From a virus, in IMG/VR virus record IMGVR_UViG_3300045988_061000, positions 1-41,614 of that record: a stretch of 41,614 nucleotides of DNA; one strand, written 5' to 3'. The notes under the pieces were generated by a model. The model was not told where the DNA came from and ran no database searches. It saw nothing but the letters and a program-made list of their open reading frames with translations. This document shows positions 7,856 through 15,250 of the stretch, piece after piece; position 1 is the stretch's first letter; each line of letters begins with the position of its first letter. Made by a program: the position numbers and the translations under genes.

Positions 7856-8101
7856 GTGGCAAGACGAAATGAATACAAAAAAGCAAAAACATGTAAGCAC
7901 GCCATTCAATTAACTGAATTTGGAGGATTATTTGTTAAAAATACATGCGTTAATGAACATAAGCTTATGCTACCATGTCCAAATCAAATGGGGATAGCAG
8001 TTAAAAGACCGTATGTTATAGCCAAGTATTGCAGTGGATGTAAACTCTATGAAGACAGAAGAAAGACAGAAAAAGACAGAAAAAGACAGAAGAAAGGTTA
8101 G
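7856..8101 (+). CDS. hypothetical Cys-containing protein with a basic tail
   Basis: 81-aa ORF. The C-terminus is encoded by AGACAGA tandem repeats (8051-8095). Confidence 0.4.
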   Translation: MARRNEYKKAKTCKHAIQLTEFGGLFVKNTCVNEHKLMLPCPNQMGIAVKRPYVIAKYCSGCKLYEDRRKTEKDRKRQKKG

Positions 8102-8114
8102 GTGAAATATAACT

Positions 8115-8411
8115 ATGAATGATCCTACAGGCGTGAGATTAAATTGGTTGGCATTATGGGCTTGTGTATATGGTAATGTGACAATTACTAGAGCCTTAAA
8201 ATGTATGGGCATACGTTCTTGTAAAACGATTTTACAAGAAGATATGCAAGACTTAAAACACAATAAATTAAGTCAAAGTATAGGAAATAAGATATGTGAA
8301 GATTATAAAACAGGAAACTATACACTTAGGGAGATGGCTAAAAGATACAAAATTTCATATGGTTCAACTTATCGTATTGTAAAAGGAACATATAAGTACG
8401 AGAGCGCATGA
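8115..8411 (+). CDS. hypothetical protein with C-terminal HTH
   Basis: 98 aa. YTLREMAKRYKISYGSTYRIVKG resembles a resolvase/sigma region 4-type HTH. Confidence 0.45.
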   Translation: MNDPTGVRLNWLALWACVYGNVTITRALKCMGIRSCKTILQEDMQDLKHNKLSQSIGNKICEDYKTGNYTLREMAKRYKISYGSTYRIVKGTYKYESA

Positions 8412-8585
8412 TATGGAATCAAGAGCAGATAAGATGATGCGGTATGCAAATATGTCGGTAATACCAAAAGCGTATATAGCGGATATAGTAACAGAATTAG
8501 AAACGAAAGATATACCACATAAGAAAGAAATCATAACACTATTAGCCCAACTATGGGTGATAAGGGCAAGGTAGGTGATAATAAC

Positions 8586-8948
8586 ATGGGAATTACACAT
8601 GTTAAAGCAAAATCGGTTAATTATTGGGTATATGGTGTAGCAATTAGACACGATGGGAAATGTAAAATATATCAGGAAAATGAGACACCAATCAGTATAA
8701 AGGAGTATACGATTTGTAGGGCTACAGATGGTGTAGATGATGCGGATGATTTGATTTATGAAAACGACATCATTGAATATAAAATGCCACACTGTAGCAG
8801 ACGATTTATAGCCAAGGTATTTTACAACGAACAAGATATGAAATGGTGTGTCTCAGTCATTACGAGCGAACAGAAGTGTTATTGGGATTTAGGATTCATA
8901 GTGAATGAAGCAGAAGAACTAAAAATTAAAGGAAATATATTTGATTAG
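8586..8948 (+). CDS. YopX-like phage protein
   Basis: Start moved to the ATG at 8586 (MGITHVKAKS...). YWVYG...EYTICRATDGVDDADDLIYENDII resembles the YopX pattern. Confidence 0.45.
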   Translation: MGITHVKAKSVNYWVYGVAIRHDGKCKIYQENETPISIKEYTICRATDGVDDADDLIYENDIIEYKMPHCSRRFIAKVFYNEQDMKWCVSVITSEQKCYWDLGFIVNEAEELKIKGNIFD

Positions 8949-8956
8949 GAGGCAAC

Positions 8957-9310
8957 ATGGATAGATACGAATGTGTTAATCGATGTACTGCAGCATTTTT
9001 AGCGGGGAATAAACCAAGAAATTTGGATTGGGAAAAAGTAGCAAGATACATTGTTAAAATAGGCCATAATTGTGTTGTATATGCGGGAATTGAAGAAGAT
9101 TGGGATAATACGGCTGGTATTATATATGACCATGGTGAAGTTATTCATGAAGAGGCGTATACCACTAGTAAATGGGGGACACCGATTATAGTGGTGTATA
9201 TCGAAGGTCAAAACAAACGAATTGATGCGGACACAATTTACTATAAAGAAGCTGATGAACATATAAATGATTGGACTGCTGAAAGCATAGCTATATTGGA
9301 GGGAAAATAA
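8957..9310 (+). CDS. hypothetical protein
   Basis: 117-aa ORF with RBS AGGAGG upstream, in a co-directional gene train. Confidence 0.55.
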   Translation: MDRYECVNRCTAAFLAGNKPRNLDWEKVARYIVKIGHNCVVYAGIEEDWDNTAGIIYDHGEVIHEEAYTTSKWGTPIIVVYIEGQNKRIDADTIYYKEADEHINDWTAESIAILEGK

Positions 9311-9786
9311 TGAAAATTAAGAGTTTTGCAAAATATGGCGTAGGAATGGATATTATATATGAAGATATTTTGAGTACAGGTGCTATAGCAGATCTACGTA
9401 TAAAGTCAGAGGATGAGAAAAGTCCTGAATTGTATGATGCGTGGAAAAGAATGGAAGCTAGAGTATTAGAGTATCTTGGAAAGCTCTGTCAATTAGATAC
9501 ACAATGCATGCTTAATGTTTCTAAAATACAACTAAGATATGCAAGAGAAACGGATGAATTAGAGTCGTTAGTATTTTGTGGTTCTTTAATGGCGCCAGAA
9601 GCAGGAATAGGTTTTAAAACAGGTGCGATAAGAGTTAATACTTTATTTGATGTGATGGATACGAAAGATATCGGTATCTTGAGAGAACTAGAGGCAAGGA
9701 TACGTGGGTATATTAGAGGAGAAAGGGCACAAGCAAAATTTGATTTTAGCTTAAAGGACGATGTAGAAGATGACTACGAAGAATAA
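9310..9786 (+). CDS. hypothetical protein
   Basis: 158-aa ORF coupled to the previous gene (TAATG overlap). Confidence 0.55.
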   Translation: MKIKSFAKYGVGMDIIYEDILSTGAIADLRIKSEDEKSPELYDAWKRMEARVLEYLGKLCQLDTQCMLNVSKIQLRYARETDELESLVFCGSLMAPEAGIGFKTGAIRVNTLFDVMDTKDIGILRELEARIRGYIRGERAQAKFDFSLKDDVEDDYEE

Positions 9787-9907
9787 GAGGAGCTGTTCAT
9801 GATTTGGATATTCTTATTAGGGTGTTTCTTTGGAACATGTATAGGTGTAACTGTGATGTGCATATTATCAATTAGTAGATGTGATAGATAAAGGAAGTAA
9901 ATAGAAG

Positions 9908-10282
9908 ATGAACAACGTACCATATTTTTTACAACACTTACCTATATGGAAATATAATTTGGAAGATAATAAGCAGAATAAAAACAAGAGAGTAAAAGAA
10001 CATAAATATGATGCGGTAGATGAGCATACAGGGCAGATAGTGGAAAAGGTATGTCAAATCTGTGGAAAGAAATATAAAACAGAATATAGATTACGTAATA
10101 CAACAAAAACCTGTAGTAAATCATGTGGTCAAAAATTAAGAATGGCCAATAAGGTACCTGAAAAATGGGTAGATAAGGCCGTTGAATTAAGACAACAAGG
10201 GTTGAAATTAAGTGCTATTGCAGTAGTAGTTAATAAATCTACTAGTACTGTATGGCAATATCTGAAGAAACGAGGTTATTAA
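9908..10282 (+). CDS. zinc-ribbon plus C-terminal HTH protein
   Basis: CQICGKKY...CSKSCGQK followed by LKLSAIAVVVNKSTSTVWQYLKKRGY. Confidence 0.5.
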   Translation: MNNVPYFLQHLPIWKYNLEDNKQNKNKRVKEHKYDAVDEHTGQIVEKVCQICGKKYKTEYRLRNTTKTCSKSCGQKLRMANKVPEKWVDKAVELRQQGLKLSAIAVVVNKSTSTVWQYLKKRGY

Positions 10283-10284
10283 AA

Positions 10285-10737
10285 ATGCTAGAACAGGATA
10301 AAAATCAATATTGCTGGTGCTTTGATGGTGATGCGGGTGATCCACAAGGAAGTATTGAAGAAGCCATTGATGACTTTTTAAATTACTATGGTCATTATTG
10401 TTGGGATGAGAAGAATAATGTTGAATATTTAGAACAAGATGTACTTGATGATTACGTAGAAATTGGACATCCTTATAAATATGTACCAGAAATAGACGGC
10501 GAACAAGTGATTTGGAAAGTTGCTGATGATTGGATGGACTATGAAATCATAGAGTATTCTGATGATTACATGAGAAGTGTGAAAAAAGAGCATATTGATA
10601 AATTAAGCAATGCACTATCAAAGGTGTTCCAAGCATGGGAAAAAGAGCACGGATACGAAAATCGTGCATTTGTAGTTATGGAAACAGAGCAATATCGTAT
10701 TGGTGATTATATCGATTCAGAGGGAAATTATAAATGA
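10285..10737 (+). CDS. hypothetical acidic protein
   Basis: Start chosen at the ATG at 10285 (MLEQDKNQY...), after GAGG. This avoids overlap with the previous gene. Confidence 0.5.
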   Translation: MLEQDKNQYCWCFDGDAGDPQGSIEEAIDDFLNYYGHYCWDEKNNVEYLEQDVLDDYVEIGHPYKYVPEIDGEQVIWKVADDWMDYEIIEYSDDYMRSVKKEHIDKLSNALSKVFQAWEKEHGYENRAFVVMETEQYRIGDYIDSEGNYK

Positions 10738-10839
10738 AAATACTAGATGCATGTTGTGGGAGTAAAATGAATATCAACTTATTAAACAAATAGGTGAATG
10801 TCCTAAAATAAAATAACGGAAATAAAAGGAGAAACAAAC

Positions 10840-11232
10840 ATGAATAAGATTGTATCAGCTTTATTGGTAGTAGTTATGATTGGTGCGGTAGTTTGGAGTT
10901 TTGCGTTTGGTGTTCCGATGTATATGGTATGGCAACAACAAAAGGCTGGTGAGGCTGAACTTGCTAGAGCGGAACAGAACAGACAAGTTGCAGTATTAGA
11001 GGCTAAGGCAAAATTAGATAGTGCTGAAAGCCTAGCACAAGCAGAAGTGAAACGTGCAGAGGGTACTGCAAAAGCTAATCAAATTATCGGTCAGTCATTG
11101 AAAGGTAATGAGGCATACATTCATTGGTTATGGGTTGATACGTTGAAAGATAGCAAAGACCAAATCATTTACATTCCAACAGAGGCTGGTGTTCCTATTA
11201 CGGAAAGTTTCAGATTGAAAGAAAGTAAATAG
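10840..11232 (+). CDS. membrane-anchored protein with SPFH/band-7-like C-terminal helix
   Basis: N-terminal TM segment IVSALLVVVMIGAVVWSFAF, then an Ala/Glu-rich helix (AELARAEQNRQVAVLEAKAKLDSAESLAQAEVKRAEG). Confidence 0.45.
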   Translation: MNKIVSALLVVVMIGAVVWSFAFGVPMYMVWQQQKAGEAELARAEQNRQVAVLEAKAKLDSAESLAQAEVKRAEGTAKANQIIGQSLKGNEAYIHWLWVDTLKDSKDQIIYIPTEAGVPITESFRLKESK

Positions 11233-11235
11233 CCT

Positions 11236-11997
11236 ATGCATATATGGGGGTTATTTGATGATGCCAACGGATGCTATCGTCAAGCGGTAGATGAATATAA
11301 CGTGAATATGTGGGGGGGGCAACACACGATCACATCAATAGGAATTGGTGATGCGTGTATCAACCAAGACCTTGCGATTAATACGCTACATAAACCCAAC
11401 GCACTATGGGAACAGTTGGACAAGCTAGATAGACCTGATGTTATTCTAGCTAGTCCACCATGTGAAAGCTGGAGCGTGGCAAGTGCTATGAAAGGTGGTA
11501 ACGCTTGCTGGAAACAAGAAAAGGATATGACTATCAATCTATTTGGTGAGTACGAGCAAGGAAGTAAATTCACAATCAGAAATCACATTGATTATGAAAA
11601 TTATCAATTCAAATATGATAAGTCATTCCTAACACGTATCAATGGTGAAATGTGTATCTATAACACGTTGAAAATCATTGAGCGTTATCAACCCAAAGTA
11701 TTCGTGATTGAAAACCCAGCATATGGGCGGATATGGGAATACATAGCAAGTGTAATAGGGTTCGATATTCCATATGAAAACCTAACTTATTACAACAACT
11801 ATGATTATCCGATTAAGAAACCTACAAAGTTTGGTAGCAACATCGATTTGAAATTATTAAAAGATAACATCAAAAACACAATCAAGTTTGAAAGTATGAA
11901 TGTTAAAGGTATCAATCGATATAATGCTAGATCACATATTCCGTTAGAATTGGTGAAAGATATATTAAAGCGATGCGAGCAATATATAGAGAGGTAA
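11236..11997 (+). CDS. putative DNA (cytosine-5) methyltransferase-like protein
   Basis: ASPPCESWS resembles C5-MTase motif IV (PC-containing). FVIENP resembles motif VI (ENV). Motif I is divergent and the protein is short (253 aa). Confidence 0.45.
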   Translation: MHIWGLFDDANGCYRQAVDEYNVNMWGGQHTITSIGIGDACINQDLAINTLHKPNALWEQLDKLDRPDVILASPPCESWSVASAMKGGNACWKQEKDMTINLFGEYEQGSKFTIRNHIDYENYQFKYDKSFLTRINGEMCIYNTLKIIERYQPKVFVIENPAYGRIWEYIASVIGFDIPYENLTYYNNYDYPIKKPTKFGSNIDLKLLKDNIKNTIKFESMNVKGINRYNARSHIPLELVKDILKRCEQYIER

Positions 11998-11999
11998 AT

Positions 12000-12260
12000 A
12001 TGTACAAATTACAAGAAAAAGCAATTAATGCAGCAAGAACAGTATTATTTAATAAATTTGGTTATAACGCTAATGAATTAGCACTTATGGATATGTACGT
12101 AGTTTGGTTTTCTAAAACATTACAAAATTGGAAAGCGTTGGTAAGCGGTGTACATATCAAAGAGTATATCGAAGTTACATATAGTGGAGATAAGAAAGAA
12201 ACATATGTTGATGTGTATCAAAAAGCGTGTAATCAATGCTTGAAAGATGATGTTATATGA
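12000..12260 (+). CDS. hypothetical protein
   Basis: Start at the ATG at 12000 (MYKLQEK...), after GAGAGG. Confidence 0.5.
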   Translation: MYKLQEKAINAARTVLFNKFGYNANELALMDMYVVWFSKTLQNWKALVSGVHIKEYIEVTYSGDKKETYVDVYQKACNQCLKDDVI

Positions 12261-12730
12261 ACTCACTAACTGAACGCAAAATTCAGCAACTTCTTGGAAA
12301 AAAGTTATTCCTGCGAAAGGTATGTATTCCCAATGTTCTTATGTGGCGACCACGTAACACCGAGTATGAAGCAGACTTCATCTACTTTGATTTGAAAACA
12401 AGGTATGTAACTGAAGTCGAAATCAAAACAAGTATTGAAGATTTCAGACGTGATTTTCACAAAGATCATCAGCATGATAACTGCAATGTTAAATATCTCT
12501 ACTATGCAATGCCTATTGAAGTATACGCGTTAAATAAGACTGAGGTATTAGATGCAATAGGTAATAACGGTTTGATATTAATTACATATAAGGTGAGAAA
12601 AGATGGAGCCATTATTGAACAAGTTGATTTTAAAAAGCGAGCTAAAGCAAGAAAGGAAGCTATACAGCTTAATCAGAATAAGCTTGAATACTTTATGAAA
12701 ATTGGCTGTATGAAATGGGTGAATCGATAG
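12257..12730 (+). CDS. PD-(D/E)XK nuclease-like protein
   Basis: EADFIYFD...VTEVEIKTSIEDFRRDF fits a D...E-x-K nuclease core. The assignment is tentative. Confidence 0.35.
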   Translation: MNSLTERKIQQLLGKKLFLRKVCIPNVLMWRPRNTEYEADFIYFDLKTRYVTEVEIKTSIEDFRRDFHKDHQHDNCNVKYLYYAMPIEVYALNKTEVLDAIGNNGLILITYKVRKDGAIIEQVDFKKRAKARKEAIQLNQNKLEYFMKIGCMKWVNR

Positions 12731-12776
12731 TGAACTATTAGTAAAAGAAAGTTATGTAAAAAAGGGGATTAAATAA

Positions 12777-13220
12777 ATGAACGAAAATCAATTTGAACGT
12801 GTAACAGGATATGAAGATGCTGATTTACCTGAACGAAAAACAGAATATGCAGCAGGATATGACGTTAAACCTTATGAGACTGGCGTCGTATTACCACATC
12901 AAACAAAACTCATTCCTACTGGCATCAAATGCAGATTGAACTATGATGAACATATTCAACTGCATTTAAGATCAAGTGTGGGTATTAATAATGATGTCAT
13001 GCTAGCGAATGGAACAGGTATTATTGATGCAGATTACTATAACAATGATGATAACGAAGGTCATATTATGATACCTATTAGAAACCTAGGTGATACGCCG
13101 TTTGAATATAATAAGAACGAAAGATTGGCGCAATTAATTATTATGCCATATCGTATTACGGCTAAGGATAGAACTACAAAGAAACGTACAGGCGGTTTTG
13201 GAAGCACTGGTAATAAATAA
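12777..13220 (+). CDS. dut: dUTP diphosphatase
   Basis: 147 aa with AAGYDV, GIIDADY and C-terminal RTGGFGSTG motifs. Confidence 0.85.
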   Translation: MNENQFERVTGYEDADLPERKTEYAAGYDVKPYETGVVLPHQTKLIPTGIKCRLNYDEHIQLHLRSSVGINNDVMLANGTGIIDADYYNNDDNEGHIMIPIRNLGDTPFEYNKNERLAQLIIMPYRITAKDRTTKKRTGGFGSTGNK

Positions 13221-13519
13221 TGGTGATTAAACATAAGAGAATCATTGATAAAAAAATGATTAAAACAATTAGAACAAACCATTGTGAATACTGTGGCAGA
13301 CTATGTAATATAGAACCACATCATGTATTTTCTCGTGGTAGTGGTGGTGGAGATATCAGAGAAAATCTAATTCAATTATGCAGTCAATGTCATGTCAATA
13401 CACATGCAGGAAACATGCCTAACAAAGAAACTTGTTTAAAAATTATAGCTAAAAGAGAACATACTGATGCGGAAACAATATATGTAATAAATCGCAAAGC
13501 AATGGGATATGACATATAA
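13220..13519 (+). CDS. HNH endonuclease
   Basis: CEYCG...PHHVFSRGSGGGDIRENLIQLCSQCHVNTH (CxxC...HH...N...CxxCH..H). Confidence 0.65.
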   Translation: MVIKHKRIIDKKMIKTIRTNHCEYCGRLCNIEPHHVFSRGSGGGDIRENLIQLCSQCHVNTHAGNMPNKETCLKIIAKREHTDAETIYVINRKAMGYDI

Positions 13520-13557
13520 AAGGATGATAAATTTATAACGGGAGGTGATGCGGATAC

Positions 13558-14016
13558 ATGGATAAAGAACAAGAAAAGAAATATATAAGAAATGCTATTG
13601 AATATTTAAAGCCAATAAAATCATGCACCTTAGAAATACAATCAGCCAAACGGGAATTACAAAGATTAAGGAGTGATATCACTTCGCTAAGTGCAATAGA
13701 TTATAGTAAAGATCGTGTATCAGGTGGTGGTATTAAAGAAGGGTTAGAAGCTAGTATAGCTAAGATGTTAGAAAGCGAATCTAAATGCCTTGAGAAAACA
13801 AATGCATTGATTCAGTTACGTGAAGATGCAAGAAAACATATTGAGTGCTTACGATGTGTTGAGGGAAAGATAGCATTGATGCAAGAATATGTTAATGGTA
13901 TGTCATTTAAAGGTGTGGTATCATTTATAGGGTATAGTAAAACACAGGTACAGTCATATAAAAAGGAAGCATTAATTGAATTAGGTCAAGAACTGACCCA
14001 AATAGTACCAAACTAA
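13558..14016 (+). CDS. candidate late-gene transcriptional activator (sigma region 4/ArpU-RinA-like)
   Basis: 152 aa. It is the last gene before the packaging module. C-terminal HTH-like segment MSFKGVVSFIGYSKTQVQSYKKEALIEL. Confidence 0.35.
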   Translation: MDKEQEKKYIRNAIEYLKPIKSCTLEIQSAKRELQRLRSDITSLSAIDYSKDRVSGGGIKEGLEASIAKMLESESKCLEKTNALIQLREDARKHIECLRCVEGKIALMQEYVNGMSFKGVVSFIGYSKTQVQSYKKEALIELGQELTQIVPN

Positions 14017-14034
14017 CCCAAATAGTACCAAACT
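13996..14034 (+). repeat. tandem duplication of a 19-mer (ACCCAAATAGTACCAAACT x2, period 20)
   Basis: Copies at 13996-14014 and 14016-14034, spanning the stop codon of 13558..14016. Confidence 0.85.
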
Positions 14035-14116
14035 GGTATTTAGATATGTGATATTATATATGTGTGAAAATTGCCACTGAGCAATCATTCACCAAATCAC
14101 TCAAAACAAAATATTA

Positions 14117-14155
14117 GGCTCGTGTAACCATTCAGTTATACGGGCCTTTTGTTTT
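14117..14155 (+). terminator. rho-independent terminator
   Basis: 12-bp stem GGCTCGTGTAAC / GTTATACGGGCC (two G-U pairs), loop CATTCA, then TTTTGTTTT. Confidence 0.6.
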
Positions 14156-14192
14156 GTACATATGATATACCCCCACCCCCTGGTGCCTATTG

Positions 14193-14292
14193 AATACACA
14201 CAACTCACCAATCAATGATTCATGTTTGACCTCTTTGAATGTATAACTACACAACCTTAAGATACACTTATACCTTGTGAGTTGTGTGTATT
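14193..14292. repeat. 16-bp perfect inverted repeat with a 68-nt spacer upstream of the late region
   Basis: AATACACACAACTCAC (14193-14208) is the reverse complement of GTGAGTTGTGTGTATT (14277-14292). Confidence 0.7.
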
Positions 14293-14311
14293 GAGTAGGC
14301 AATGAAAGGAT

Positions 14312-14530
14312 GTGAACGGTATGACTAATGTGATATGTCATAAGACTGCATGCTTAGATAATCATCATGGAATGTGTGGTGCTAACAAAATAGTAATAAA
14401 AGCTAATGGTTATTGCCGTTCATGTTCGCATGCACACCATATGATGAGACATGTGGATAGGGATGAGGCACGGCACCGTCATGAAGATGAGCGCCGCCTG
14501 TCTCATCGTAAAAATAAAAATAAATTTTAA
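14312..14530 (+). CDS. small Cys/His-rich protein (DUF1540-like pattern)
   Basis: VICHKTACLDNHHGMCGANKIVIKANGYCRSC, then a His/Arg-rich tail. The start codon is uncertain. Confidence 0.4.
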   Translation: MNGMTNVICHKTACLDNHHGMCGANKIVIKANGYCRSCSHAHHMMRHVDRDEARHRHEDERRLSHRKNKNKF

Positions 14531-14686
14531 ATATTGAATGTATTATTTTAAATTTGGATATTTTTTATGGGTCCTTCTGGCCAAGACTGATGCCTTGCGG
14601 TGGCCGAGACCCCAAAAATTGCCTAGATTTTAATTTTTTTATGACCTTGCTAGTGATACAGGTAATGAAAGGAGGCTGATTGATAA
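14531..14686 (+). other. candidate cos / terminase recognition region
   Basis: Non-coding stretch directly upstream of Nu1-like and GpA-like terminase genes. It holds a GC-rich island (about 14570-14615) with two near-identical 10-mers, TGGCCAAGAC and TGGCCGAGAC, flanked by A/T tracts. Confidence 0.3.
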
Positions 14687-15217
14687 GTGAAAATTACAGA
14701 TGATTTAAAAACTGCCACAGCCTCTCAGTCGAATCTGGCAAAAGCACTTGGACTCTCGCGTCAACGTGTTTCGCAACTGCTCCAAGAAGGGGTTTTAGCA
14801 ACGGATGAAAAAAATCAGATTTTGGTTATCAAATCCGTTATCAATTATGTCAAATATAAGGGCCAATCTTCTGCTGAAGAGGTAAGCAGTTCCGATGATG
14901 CGGTATTCGAGGTTGAAAAGGCCAAGAATGAACGTGCGAAACGCAAGATTGCTGAGTTGAAACTAGCCAAAATGAACGGCGAAGTGTACTCAGCGGATAC
15001 GGTAGAACAGGTACTGACAGAAATGCTTGTCAATTTGCGCACACAATTATTAGGGTTGCCAACTAAATTGGCGCCACAATTACAGAGTGTGACAAAAGAG
15101 GAAGCATATAACCTGTTAACGCAAGAGATTGAAGATAAATTATCCGAATTAAGTGAATATACGCCGTCATTATTCATGGATAGTGATGAATTAGATGATG
15201 ATAATGCGCCAAATTAG
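14687..15217 (+). CDS. terminase small subunit (Nu1-like HTH)
   Basis: GTG start. N-terminal HTH SQSNLAKALGLSRQRVSQLLQEGVL. Lies immediately upstream of TerL. Confidence 0.7.
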   Translation: MKITDDLKTATASQSNLAKALGLSRQRVSQLLQEGVLATDEKNQILVIKSVINYVKYKGQSSAEEVSSSDDAVFEVEKAKNERAKRKIAELKLAKMNGEVYSADTVEQVLTEMLVNLRTQLLGLPTKLAPQLQSVTKEEAYNLLTQEIEDKLSELSEYTPSLFMDSDELDDDNAPN

Positions 15218-15250
15218 GCGCTTTTTTAATGCAAAAAAGGAGGTGATAGC

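Noticed and set aside
8051-8095. Tandem AGACAGA repeats (period 10-11)
   Set aside because: They lie inside ORF 7856..8101 and encode a Lys/Arg/Glu-rich tail. This is low-complexity coding sequence and not a regulatory or iteron array, although slippage could vary its length.
14132-14341. Minus-strand 69-aa ORF in the early/late intergenic region
   Set aside because: It spans the inverted repeat and the terminator, has no RBS, and runs against the direction of all neighbouring genes. The region is better explained as regulatory DNA.
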